DNA of 64,000 bases from the NCBI GenBank assembly GCA_965203805.1, contig OZ241917.1, positions 192,001 through 256,000 of the forward strand, written 5' to 3'. A model generated the notes under the pieces. That model searched no databases and was not told the DNA's origin. It saw only the letters and a list, made by a program, of their open reading frames with translations. Positions 40,601-48,891 of the stretch are shown in pieces. The DNA comes from Candidatus Latescibacterota bacterium (GTDB lineage Bacteria; Latescibacterota; UBA2968; GCA-2709665). Position 1 is the first letter of the stretch. Every line of letters begins with the position of its first letter. The position numbers were made by a program, and so were the translations under genes.

Positions 40601-40958
40601 ACGTGCTCGGTGGATCGAGCTCAGCCCTGACAGCGTTGAGTGGCCGTGCGGTATTGGCAATGCACAGCATGTAATTCTGCAGATTCCGTTGCAGAAGGGC
40701 GTCGGAGAAGCTGGCGGCGGATCATATGGAACCGGGGATCAACCAAAGGGCGCGCTCCGTGCTGAAGCCGTACTTGAAGCCAATGGTATTCAGGACCTGG
40801 CGGATCAGATTCCGGACATGACTAAAACTTCGATCGGCACGGATCTCAAATTTACCGTCCGGGTTGATTTGGGGGGAGAGAAATCGCCTGATCCGAAAAC
40901 GGTGGAGAAAATCAATGAACTGCTTTCCGAGGTGTCGGATGAGTTTAAGTTGGAGTGA
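37638..40958 (+). CDS. DUF499 AAA+ ATPase (restriction-like system)
   Basis: 'KPWHEVV', 'FAADL', 'FFALTY', Walker A 'YGGGKTH', Walker B 'VLLDE', 'LRRRFF', 'YPFHP', 'FQRTRG'. Confidence 0.92.
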   Translation: MSIRPSIKPWHEVVQLRDDLRSGELPLAIFAADLYDVVMQKGSRPAYERPEDFFALTYATLNLRELVKDVAMRLSGQSDKAYRKLSVNYGGGKTHTLIALRHLAYNPDNLPDLPSVKDFDAHIGFRMPKARVVALCFDKIDLEKGVETLGPCGEIRMLKHPWSILAFQLAGADGLRLIHADGGDEERETPPAEPLLAELLSRPQAEELSTLVLLDEVLMYVRTLVESHPDSRGRLVSFFQYLTQAVVKVDRCAMVASLLASDPRKHDEFGNELLRDVGDVFGRQMEEDASPVSKEDVAEVLRRRFFKPESIRDPGKFRPVVTSIVGSIATLDEQTAKERGAAEERFLASYPFHPDLTEVFYTRWTQLEGFQRTRGILRTFAIGLRDAETWDTSPLVGPNILLADPEKEPLAEAASELASFASVDAATGKHQEWRPILEGELTKARAIQTEATGLSHREMEQAVIAVFLSSQPIGHKALTRELVLLIGAANPDKIELEKALRRWIELSWFLDEAEVATGEDGSDRQLPRAWRLGNRPNLRQMHHDACSNRVPPPLVDAQVIDAIEKQRSLTSGAAAAGATVHNLPERPRDIGDDGKFHYAVLGSDAVSESGKPSSVARRFIDEKTASDRPRVNRNAIVLAVPSKDGLDALRVRVREHLGWMEVGEQLKEQPIDPIREQMLSSETRASQRRIPEAVTQAYSIVVTVNESNDVHAFRVVVTDEPLFTTIKADKRARIQEAPINSEAMMPGGPYDLWREDEPSRRVRDLVGAFAQFAKLPKMLRHKEILDTVVQGVQEGIWVAQVSRPDRTIRTFWRTPIDDTALQDPGLEVFLPEAATLSELAPELLVHNQLPGLWGSDELTVQDVYDYFSGGHTVVVPREGYEETIVIPKCDSKDVEGAISQAVEQGQVWLTAGPASILKEPLPPGVLTASAVLRPPPEGIDVTQLMPQSIPGAWVEGKANALAISATLSAQWGMTLPWSTVESVIDSGIRARWIELSPDSVEWPCGIGNAQHVILQIPLQKGVGEAGGGSYGTGDQPKGALRAEAVLEANGIQDLADQIPDMTKTSIGTDLKFTVRVDLGGEKSPDPKTVEKINELLSEVSDEFKLE

Positions 40959-40966
40959 AAAGTAAC

Positions 40967-41010
40967 ACCCGAAAGACGTCGTATCCTCTTGTCTTTGGGT
41001 AGTCCTTTTT
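40967..41010 (+). terminator. Possible terminator after the DUF499 gene
   Basis: ACCCGAAAGAC...GTCTTTGGGT stem (one bulge), followed by AGTCCTTTTT. Confidence 0.45.
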
Positions 41011-41068
41011 CCAGATTATCTCTGTCAGCATCAGGTCACGATGGATAAACCTCAAGGGATGCCACAAT

Positions 41069-42028
41069 ATGCCAACCCAAGACCCAAACGACCTGTCTTT
41101 TGACTTCGATGTCTGTCTGTCCTTCGCTGGCGAAGAAAGAGAATATGTCTACCAAGTGGCCAACCAGCTTCGGGAGCGCGGCATTCGGGTTTTTTACGAC
41201 AAATACGAAGATGCCACATTGTGGGGTAAAGATCTTTACGCGCATTTGGATGATATTTATCGTCATTCGGCGCGTTACTGCGTTATGTTTATCTCGAAGC
41301 ACTACGCAAAGAGACTGTGGACGAACCACGAACGACGGAGCGCCCAAGCTCGGGCGTTGAAGGACAATGCCGAGTACATTCTTCCTGCACGATTTGACTC
41401 AACGGAGATTCCAGGACTCCCCGGCACGATCGGATATGTCGATCTCCGCGAAATTAAAATGGAACGGCTCGTAGAGATGATTACGGAGAAGATCGGCCCA
41501 AGGCAAAACTTCAGTTACCTGCCACCTGTCCCCGATCGTCTTTTTCATTCCCTAGCCGTCAAAGACAAAACTGACCAAGATTTCGTACATCGAAGTGCGT
41601 GTAGTTTTCTCGAGTCACTAGGCAGAATGTCTAAAGAAGAACGCAGTGTCACATTTCAATTCGTCCTTAACGCTTGTCTAGAAGAGCTTCCCGATAATTT
41701 GCATATTAACATTGACTTACTCAGACGATACACCGGTTCCACTCCACAACGGCTTCGTCGTATACTGGGCGGCCTTCAATCCTTGGGATTCGAATCCCTC
41801 GTCCGAGATGATGAAGAGACAAGGCCTGGCCGGATTGGTAAGTCTGAAATGTTAGTTCTGCGATGGCACGATATGAAATACAACGGAATGGGAAATGCCA
41901 CGGATATTATCTACTCCATGATTCAAGGCGCTACTGAGGGATATTGTCACGAACACGCGATGTCGGCACTTGATCGGCTCGATTTTTCACAACTTGGAAC
42001 TGCATCCACAGAAATTGATGAACATTGA
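41069..42028 (+). CDS. TIR-domain protein
   Basis: 'FDVCLSFAGEER', 'VFYD', 'LWGKDL', 'FISKHY...WTNHE' (catalytic Glu), 'YILPARFD'. Confidence 0.9.
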   Translation: MPTQDPNDLSFDFDVCLSFAGEEREYVYQVANQLRERGIRVFYDKYEDATLWGKDLYAHLDDIYRHSARYCVMFISKHYAKRLWTNHERRSAQARALKDNAEYILPARFDSTEIPGLPGTIGYVDLREIKMERLVEMITEKIGPRQNFSYLPPVPDRLFHSLAVKDKTDQDFVHRSACSFLESLGRMSKEERSVTFQFVLNACLEELPDNLHINIDLLRRYTGSTPQRLRRILGGLQSLGFESLVRDDEETRPGRIGKSEMLVLRWHDMKYNGMGNATDIIYSMIQGATEGYCHEHAMSALDRLDFSQLGTASTEIDEH

Positions 42029-42295
42029 CGTATATTGACAATTTTTATCCGCTACTGGATACGGATCTCGGTTCTTGCTTTTCAGGGTCGGATAACCGTT
42101 CGCATTGGCAGCGATTGATCCGAGTGATTTTCGCTGGTTCGGTGCGGTGTATTCTGGCACCGAAGTTGCGGTTAAGACAATAGGCGAGATGAGATCCTGA
42201 GGAGTGCAACAGACTTATTCCCGCAACAGATCAGAATTGTAGTCCGGCCTGGATTTCGATGTTTATGGGTAACCGGTTTCCTGAACCGGAATAAC

Positions 42296-42402
42296 ACCAC
42301 TGCCACCTCACCCGTAGCTGCGTAGTCTGATGGTCGTTCAGGAGAAATACGAAAACTATCGAGGTCTATAGTACAGGCAGTCGTGAAAACGCCTCGTATT
42401 GA
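42296..42402 (+). pseudogene. Truncated RelE-like toxin remnant (copy of 63664-63927)
   Basis: HCHLTRSCVV*WSFRRNTKTIEVYSTGSRENASY*; lacks the N-terminal part and has an internal TGA where the intact copy has TGT. Confidence 0.85.
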
Positions 42403-42475
42403 GATTTTCGTCAAAGGGGAGATTCAAGAAGAGCTCATGTCTGTTTTAAATGAGGAATACGCCGGACAGGTTCGG
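42296..42475 (+). repeat. Diverged direct repeat, copy 1 (pairs with 63821-64000)
   Basis: Ungapped 180-bp alignment with about 30 mismatches by manual count (~83% identity). Confidence 0.9.
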
Positions 42476-42739
42476 TTGTTGCAAGACAGTGGCGATGAAA
42501 TCGTCGATATCATCCAGACCGAATGGTATCGGAGCGTCAAATCCGGAATGACACCGGGCGACAATCTGAGGATTTACCGGGAGAATCAGGGCTTGACGCA
42601 GGCAAGGCTGGGCGAGATGATCGGGGGGATTCCGCGCCAACATATCTCGAATATGGAGCGGGAAGTCCGGTCAATCAGCCTGAAGACCGCTCGATAGTTG
42701 GCAGAGATATTGCGTGTGTCGCCACAGAAGTTTATTTGA
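42383..42739 (+). pseudogene. XRE-HTH antitoxin with a premature stop
   Basis: 'TPGDNLRIYRENQGLTQARLG...HISNME...ISLKTAR*LAEILRVSPQKFI*'; TAG at 42695-42697 cuts off the final helix. Confidence 0.8.
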
Positions 42740-42888
42740 AGGTATGGAATGGCAAACGGCCCCCGACAGGAGCCAACGTGAAGGTTTCAGCATCATGAGG
42801 TCATCCGGATTCGAATGGTAATGACTCCGTACATTGACTGCGTTGCCGACGCGCCCCAAGGCACGTCTTCCGCAAAGGACGTACAAAC

Positions 42889-43125
42889 GTGAAATCGATT
42901 GACAAATATATCGTGATCCCTGCGGACGGCACGTTGCCACAGGATTTCCGTGAAGCATTTGGCCGGAAGGCCCGTGTCGTCGTCTACCTGCAGGACGAAG
43001 AGTTTCAAAACACACAGTCCAACCAACGCCTGATGAGCCTCGCTGGCAAAATTCAAGCATTCCGAGATGTTGACGATCCGGTTGACTTACAGCGTGATCT
43101 TCGAAATTCGTGGGAGCGCGGTTAG
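42889..43125 (+). CDS. Small antitoxin-like protein with no adjacent toxin
   Basis: 78 aa; beta-rich N-terminus and C-terminal 'LMSLAGKI...DPVDLQRDLRNSWE', a pattern typical of PIN-toxin-associated antitoxins. Confidence 0.5.
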   Translation: MKSIDKYIVIPADGTLPQDFREAFGRKARVVVYLQDEEFQNTQSNQRLMSLAGKIQAFRDVDDPVDLQRDLRNSWERG

Positions 43126-43130
43126 GACCG

Positions 43131-43480
43131 ATGACTCACATTACCGACACTTTAATCGACGACATGGTTCAAGCGATCGTCGACGAAGTGGATCCCGAGC
43201 AGGTGATCCTCTTTGGCTCCCGCGGGCGCTGCGGGAGGGTAACGTGCTCTATGAGCGACGTTAAGTGTGCCAGGATGCTTCTTCGGGCGGCGGAGCGCGG
43301 GATATAACCGCACGCAGATTTATGTGCGGTCCGAGCGATTACAGGCCCTCCGCCTTGCCGCGTCGCAACCATAGTGTTGGCCCCGATGCCGAGCCCATTG
43401 ATCGACAGGACGCTCTAGCACTCGTAGAGACACTGAGGGGACACGTTGGGCCAGAGTTACCAGAAGCGGAGGCCGGGTGA
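43131..43480 (+). pseudogene. MNT-HEPN toxin-antitoxin remnant
   Basis: MNT N-terminus 'MVQAIVDEVDPEQVILFGSRGR' ends abruptly, followed by HEPN-like pieces 'MSDVKCARMLLRAAER' and 'AEPIDRQDALALVETLRGHV'. Confidence 0.7.
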
Positions 43481-44661
43481 TGGCGTGGCCCATGGCGGAA
43501 TTGAACACGGTAGCCGAAATTCGGGGAGGAGCCACCCCGCGGCGCGACAACCCGATATACTGGAATGGAGACATCCCCTGGGTTACACCTACCGACCTGC
43601 CAGCGCTTGGGGAGGGCATTTCAGAGCTGGATAGTACCACAGAAGCGATCACCAACGAAGGACTTGCGTCCTGCTCAGCCCGCCTTCTTCCGCCCGGGAC
43701 GGTTCTGTTCTCTTCGCGTGCGACGATTGGAAAAGTCGGAATTGCAACTGTCCCGCTCGCGACGAACCAGGGATTCGCAAATTTCATACCTAAATCTGGA
43801 GTGGAATCGCGTTATCTCGCATGGTGTCTTCATCACGCCGCTGATCGGGTCGCAGGGCTCGCCGGCTCGACAACGTTTAAGGAGGTCTCAAAGAGCTCAT
43901 TTGGGCGTTTTCGCATCCCAATCCCACCACTCTCCGAACAACGCCACATCGTCGACATCCTCGATCAGGCCGACCGCCTCCGCCGTCTCCGAGCCGAAGG
44001 CGATGCCAAAGCAGCGCGCATTCTGCCAGCCCTTTTTATCGAAATGTTCAGTGATCCGGCGACAAATCCGATGGGGTGGCCAGTCAGGCCCTTTGACAGT
44101 GTCTGTGAGTCTCGACTTGGCAAGATGCTGGATCAAAAACAGCAGACTGGCCGACATCGACGTTTTTATCTTAGGAATGCGAATGTTTATTGGGATCGGT
44201 TGGACCTTCGCGAAGTTCTTGAGATGGACTTCGACGAGGCAGACCGCGATGAATTCAGACTAAGGAAGGGAGACGTCCTGATCTGTGAAGGTGGAGAGGT
44301 TGGTCGTTGCGCCATTTGGAATGACGAGTTACCGGAGTGCTACTTCCAAAAAGCCCTCCATCGAGCACGTCCCTTTCCGAGCACTGCGACTTCTGAGTAT
44401 ATCGTATTTCTATTTCTGTTGTTGGCGCAGCGCGGCGCTTTGCTGGACGCCGCCTCCAAGGTGACATTTTCGCACTTAACAGGCGTAAAGTTGAAAGGGC
44501 TGGCAATTCCAGTACCGCCTTTCCATCTTCAGGAACGATTCTCTTCGAAGGCGCGCGCGACAAAGAATGCTCTGGAACCGGCCGCATTGGCACAGGATAG
44601 AATCAGTTTGGCGAATACGGTCCTCTTGAACCGCGCTTACTCCGGTACACTGACAGCTTGA
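43477..44661 (+). CDS. hsdS: Type I restriction-modification specificity subunit (orphan)
   Basis: Two TRDs ('GGATP...YWNGDIPW', 'SSRATIG', 'NQGF'; 'LGKMLD', 'GDVLICEGGEVGR') with conserved 'IPIPPLSEQ..IV', 'NPMGW', 'IPVPP..LQ'. Confidence 0.92.
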   Translation: MMAWPMAELNTVAEIRGGATPRRDNPIYWNGDIPWVTPTDLPALGEGISELDSTTEAITNEGLASCSARLLPPGTVLFSSRATIGKVGIATVPLATNQGFANFIPKSGVESRYLAWCLHHAADRVAGLAGSTTFKEVSKSSFGRFRIPIPPLSEQRHIVDILDQADRLRRLRAEGDAKAARILPALFIEMFSDPATNPMGWPVRPFDSVCESRLGKMLDQKQQTGRHRRFYLRNANVYWDRLDLREVLEMDFDEADRDEFRLRKGDVLICEGGEVGRCAIWNDELPECYFQKALHRARPFPSTATSEYIVFLFLLLAQRGALLDAASKVTFSHLTGVKLKGLAIPVPPFHLQERFSSKARATKNALEPAALAQDRISLANTVLLNRAYSGTLTA

Positions 44662-44853
44662 ATCGAGAACTGTGCTTGAGTGAATCAGGTGCAACAAAAG
44701 CGGAAAATTGCCGAATTGTGGGGGGCCGGGGGCCGTCAATAAGCAACACGGGAGTCGGCAGGAATGCCGGAGTCCTTAGCGGGGTCGCCGGGTTGTGCCG
44801 AACAATGACTCGAATACATACCGTGATCGAACACCTGGAACCAGATTGCCGCG

Positions 44854-46566
44854 TTGGTGACCGTCATGACAAGACAAGATGTTGTGAATGGAACACAGTG
44901 TGACGCCAAAGATCTAGTGAAAAGTCGCTCGCTTGAAAATTCGACGGTGGATCCTAGACGACTCCGAGGAGTATATTACACGCCGGACGCAATAGCGGGC
45001 CTCTTGGCAGAATGGGCGATCGCAGCGGAGCCAGGCACTGTACTGGATCCCAGCTTTGGCGGATGCGCGTTTATGAACGCGGCAACGAGAGTCTTAGCTA
45101 GCAGGGGTATCTCGTATCCCGGGCGTTTAGTTTTCGGCGTAGACGTTGAACCCTCTTGCTTGGAATATGTACGCGCAAGCACAAATCTCGTTGAGACAAA
45201 CTGCACGATCAACGACTTCTTAACTCTTTTGCCCGAGGATATGCATGGTGCTCCGTTTCAGGCGGTTATCGGCAATCCGCCATACGTGCGTCACCATTGG
45301 CTCAAAGGAACCACCAGAGAGGCTGGCAGCACAGCCATAGAAGCCACGGGGGTAAACCTTTCCGGCAGGGCGAGCGCGTGGGCATATTTCCTGATTCACA
45401 CAATGAACTTTATTGCAACGAATGGTAGACTTGCGCTGCTTGTTCCCGAAGCAATCCTTCAAGCCGACTACGCTACCGCAGTCAGAGACTTCCTCCGAAG
45501 TTCCTTTAGTCATGTTTGCCTCGTTCACGTTCGCGATCGTTTATTTGAGGACACCGACGAGGCTGTTGTCGTGGTCGCTGCTTCGGAATATGGAGGCAAC
45601 GGTGGCCTTCTGCGTGTTGAAGCAGTCGAGTGCTCAGAGGAACTGGAGGCGGTTCTAAATGCTCCAAGCAGCCGGAAAGCTAGTTTACAACTCGTAACTT
45701 CGAAAGGTCGTCGCGTTGAGTCGCTGACTTTGGAAGTGCTTAGTGAATTAGAGCAACACCCGTCAGTACGGCAGATCCATGATTTCGCGACTGTGAAGGT
45801 TGGCGTGGTGACAGGTGCTAATCAACACTTCATCCGCAATGACAATGACATGAAGCACCTCGGTGTCCCCCAAGAATTTTGGGAGCGGCTAATTTCACGT
45901 ACGCGATGGCTTTCAGGATTGGAATTCACTGAAGAAGATCTTCATCGACTCGCGGACGCAGGCCATCATACAATATTGGTTCGCCCTCTGTCAACGATTG
46001 AAGAGTCTTCCGGCATCCAGCAGTGGATTGCGGAAGGCATGGAGGCAGGAATTCACGAGCGGTACAAATGTAAACTGCGACGTCCCTGGTATCGTGTCGA
46101 CTTACAGGCTGCACCGGATGCCTTCGCTACATGCACCCGTCTGGGCGCTCCCCTGCTCGTACTAAACCTAGCAGGCTGCCGATGCACCAATGCACTCCAT
46201 GCGATGTATTGGCATCAGGGAATCGAGGTCTCGCCGTCGGCCATCTCTGTAGGGTTCCTCACAAGCGCGGTCAGTGTCTGGGCCGAACTCCACGGCCGTC
46301 GGTACGGAGGAGGCGTTTTGAAGATCGAACCTAGCACCTTGAACCGAACGCCGGTACCGCTCGTTGAGAATTCGGAAGGTGCTTTCGACGAATTGAATCA
46401 ACTCATTCGATATGGCCGAGAAGCCGAAGCCAGGGCGCTGGCGGACGATCTGGTTCTTGGAGACCGATTGGGATTAACGAAGAAAGATATCCGGCGACTA
46501 CAGCGGGCACGCACGCAATTGATGGCCCAACGCCGACCCGTCAGAAATGGAAGTGACCATGCCTAA
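44854..46566 (+). CDS. N6-adenine DNA methyltransferase (gamma class, Eco57I/HsdM-like); start may be 44866
   Basis: 'GVYYTP', motif I 'LDPSFGGCAF', 'GVDV', catalytic 'GNPPYVR', 'GVVTGAN', 'GRRYGGGVLKIEP'. Confidence 0.9.
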   Translation: MVTVMTRQDVVNGTQCDAKDLVKSRSLENSTVDPRRLRGVYYTPDAIAGLLAEWAIAAEPGTVLDPSFGGCAFMNAATRVLASRGISYPGRLVFGVDVEPSCLEYVRASTNLVETNCTINDFLTLLPEDMHGAPFQAVIGNPPYVRHHWLKGTTREAGSTAIEATGVNLSGRASAWAYFLIHTMNFIATNGRLALLVPEAILQADYATAVRDFLRSSFSHVCLVHVRDRLFEDTDEAVVVVAASEYGGNGGLLRVEAVECSEELEAVLNAPSSRKASLQLVTSKGRRVESLTLEVLSELEQHPSVRQIHDFATVKVGVVTGANQHFIRNDNDMKHLGVPQEFWERLISRTRWLSGLEFTEEDLHRLADAGHHTILVRPLSTIEESSGIQQWIAEGMEAGIHERYKCKLRRPWYRVDLQAAPDAFATCTRLGAPLLVLNLAGCRCTNALHAMYWHQGIEVSPSAISVGFLTSAVSVWAELHGRRYGGGVLKIEPSTLNRTPVPLVENSEGAFDELNQLIRYGREAEARALADDLVLGDRLGLTKKDIRRLQRARTQLMAQRRPVRNGSDHA

Positions 46567-48889
46567 GTTTACTGTCGACACGCACTTGTTTCGCGAGTTG
46601 GGGGAGCTGTTGGTCGGGCGCGACTCAACCGCGCTCATCGAACTGATCAAGAACGCCTACGATGCCGATGCGACCGAGGTTACCGTCTATGGAGAGCGGC
46701 TCGATAGTCTAGATGAAGGCGGCATTCTGATTACCGATAACGGGGTCGGTATGACCGCGGATAATTTTGAGAACGGATTCTTGCGGATCGCTTCTAGGAT
46801 GAAAGAGCACGGAGAGCGGCGATCCAACGTATTTCAACGTCGTTACACCGGCGCCAAGGGAATCGGCCGACTCGCCGCCCATAAGCTTGCCAGAAAGCTC
46901 GACGTAGATAGCGTTCCGCGAGACTCTGAGCCCGAGGGGCTTCAAGAAATCGTGCACGCCGAGATAGATTGGGATAAGATCGAGGGGTACGAAATTCTGG
47001 ATGAACTTGACGCTACCGACGCGATTCGTCTGGAAACGAAGACGGTGCACGAAAACGCCGTTCCCGGCACGACGCTCGTTCTCTCTCGGCTGCGGCGAGT
47101 CTGGACAGAAGTTGAGCGTGCGAGGTTTTTTGCCGAGGTCCAATCTTTCGATCCTCCCTCATTCCTACGCGAGCCGCTCCCTCGATCAGTCGTCGAAAAA
47201 CCACTGCTGTTCGACACGCCGACTGTCCGGGACCATGGTAACGACGCTGCGGCCTCCTCATTCAAAGTGAATCTTGAAGGGGACTTTGCTGCTGGCGAGA
47301 ACTACTGGGCGCTCGTTGCCGAGGTTGCGACTTGGGTGCTGGAGATAACGGCAGTTGCCGGCAGCGACGAAGTGCATTTTGCCATTGCGCCAACGAAAAG
47401 AACACGCAAGGATAACCCGGAAGCGAGGGAGTACTACCATTCGATCCGTCATCCCACTCCCGGAAAGGGTCCGCATTTCGAGGCACGTATCCTGGTCAGA
47501 GAAGGGCGCGTTAGCGGCAGCCGGGACCAGCGGGTGTGGGCGACGCGAGTCAGCGGAATCCGAGTTTATCTGGAAGGTTTTCGCGTCTTACCCTATGGCG
47601 AGCAACAGGACGATTGGCTCTCGATTGACGCGGACTATACGAGACGCCCGCGGCAACTCGAGATGCTTCAAGAACTCCGTCTTGGTGCAGAAGCGACCGA
47701 CCCCGACGAGGGCCTCATTCGCGTGCCGAACAACAACTACTTTGGAGCGGTTTTTCTTATCCAGGAACGCTGTCCCAATCTTCGTGTTCTCGTGAACCGA
47801 GAGGGATTCATCCCCGAGGCCGGATTTGACACATTGGTGAAACTCGTGCGGACAGGAATCGATTTTTGCACGCGCGCGAGGGCAGCAGCGGCCCACGCGC
47901 GCCGCCAACGAAGGAAGGAAGACCGTCGTCGAGAACCAAAGGCCGCATTGGGTCAGACGGGAGAGGTAGAAGCCAGTGGAGCTACAGACGAGGCGATTGA
48001 GGAGCTTGCGGCGCCCAACCGGCTTCGAGGTGCGGTTCAGCTCATGAAAAAAGCTCGCGTGCACCTCAGCGCGGGAGATACCACAACAGCCGAAGTCACC
48101 ACTAACGCGGCCCTGCAAGAACTAGGCGAAGCGACTGATCTCGTCGAGGACCTGTGGTCCGAACGATCTCTCCTGCACATCCTTGCGTCCGTGGGAACTC
48201 AGATGGCCGCTTTCGTCCATGAAATCAACGCCTTGATCGGAGCGGCACAAACCATCGAACAGGCCCTGGAATGCGTCCTCAAAGAGAAAGGGCTGTCTCA
48301 AGAACGGCGCCGAACGCTAAGGGAGATAGTTACGGTCGCCACGGACCTGAAGCGTGGGCTGGAGCGCCAGGCTGCCTATCTGATAGACATCGAAACGCCC
48401 GACGCACGCCGCCGCCGTTCGCGCCAGCGTTTAAGCGAACGCTTCGAAGCTGCGGTTCGCCTCGTTAGGCATCAAGCGGACCGCCGAGACATTGACATCG
48501 ACAATCAGATTCCATCTGAATTAAGATCTCCCCCGATGTTTCCTGCTGAGGTTACGGCGGTATTTGCCAATCTCCTGACCAATGCGGTTAAAGCCGCTGG
48601 AGAGGATGGACGTATCCGTGCTTCGGCATCCAGTGAAGGCAATCAAGTACAGATTCGTATTCAGAACACCGGTGACGCCGTCAATCTTGATGAATCAGAG
48701 CGCTTGTTTAAGCCATTCGAGTCGACGACATTGGAAGTAGACTCAGTATTGGGTCAGGGAATGGGGCTGGGGTTACCGATTACACGGAACCTGTTGGATA
48801 ACTATGGGGCGTTAATAGATTTCGTCGATCCAACCGATCCGTTCGCGACGGCTATTGAGATCACCTTTCCAGGCAGGAGTCAACCTTAG
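46559..48889 (+). CDS. GHKL (MORC/MutL-like) ATPase fused to a histidine kinase
   Basis: N-terminal GHKL motifs 'ELIKNAYDADA', 'DNGVGM', 'GAKGIGRLA', 'GTTL'; C-terminal H-box 'FVHEIN', N-box 'NLLTNAVKA', F-box 'LFKPFEST', G2 'GMGLGL'. No TM segment. Confidence 0.88.
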   Translation: MPKFTVDTHLFRELGELLVGRDSTALIELIKNAYDADATEVTVYGERLDSLDEGGILITDNGVGMTADNFENGFLRIASRMKEHGERRSNVFQRRYTGAKGIGRLAAHKLARKLDVDSVPRDSEPEGLQEIVHAEIDWDKIEGYEILDELDATDAIRLETKTVHENAVPGTTLVLSRLRRVWTEVERARFFAEVQSFDPPSFLREPLPRSVVEKPLLFDTPTVRDHGNDAAASSFKVNLEGDFAAGENYWALVAEVATWVLEITAVAGSDEVHFAIAPTKRTRKDNPEAREYYHSIRHPTPGKGPHFEARILVREGRVSGSRDQRVWATRVSGIRVYLEGFRVLPYGEQQDDWLSIDADYTRRPRQLEMLQELRLGAEATDPDEGLIRVPNNNYFGAVFLIQERCPNLRVLVNREGFIPEAGFDTLVKLVRTGIDFCTRARAAAAHARRQRRKEDRRREPKAALGQTGEVEASGATDEAIEELAAPNRLRGAVQLMKKARVHLSAGDTTTAEVTTNAALQELGEATDLVEDLWSERSLLHILASVGTQMAAFVHEINALIGAAQTIEQALECVLKEKGLSQERRRTLREIVTVATDLKRGLERQAAYLIDIETPDARRRRSRQRLSERFEAAVRLVRHQADRRDIDIDNQIPSELRSPPMFPAEVTAVFANLLTNAVKAAGEDGRIRASASSEGNQVQIRIQNTGDAVNLDESERLFKPFESTTLEVDSVLGQGMGLGLPITRNLLDNYGALIDFVDPTDPFATAIEITFPGRSQP

Positions 48890-48891
48890 TC

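Noticed and set aside
41069-42028. TIR gene as Thoeris
   Set aside because: No ThsA-type (SIR2/Macro/TM) effector nearby.
42088-42178. TAACCG...CGGTTA inverted ends as an integron attC site
   Set aside because: Poor match to RYYYAAC/GTTRRRY, no convincing internal pairing, no similar sites between other genes and no integron integrase.
43477-46566. hsdS + MTase as a complete type I RM system
   Set aside because: No hsdR; the MTase lacks the HsdM N-terminal helical domain and has its own C-terminal TRD-like region.
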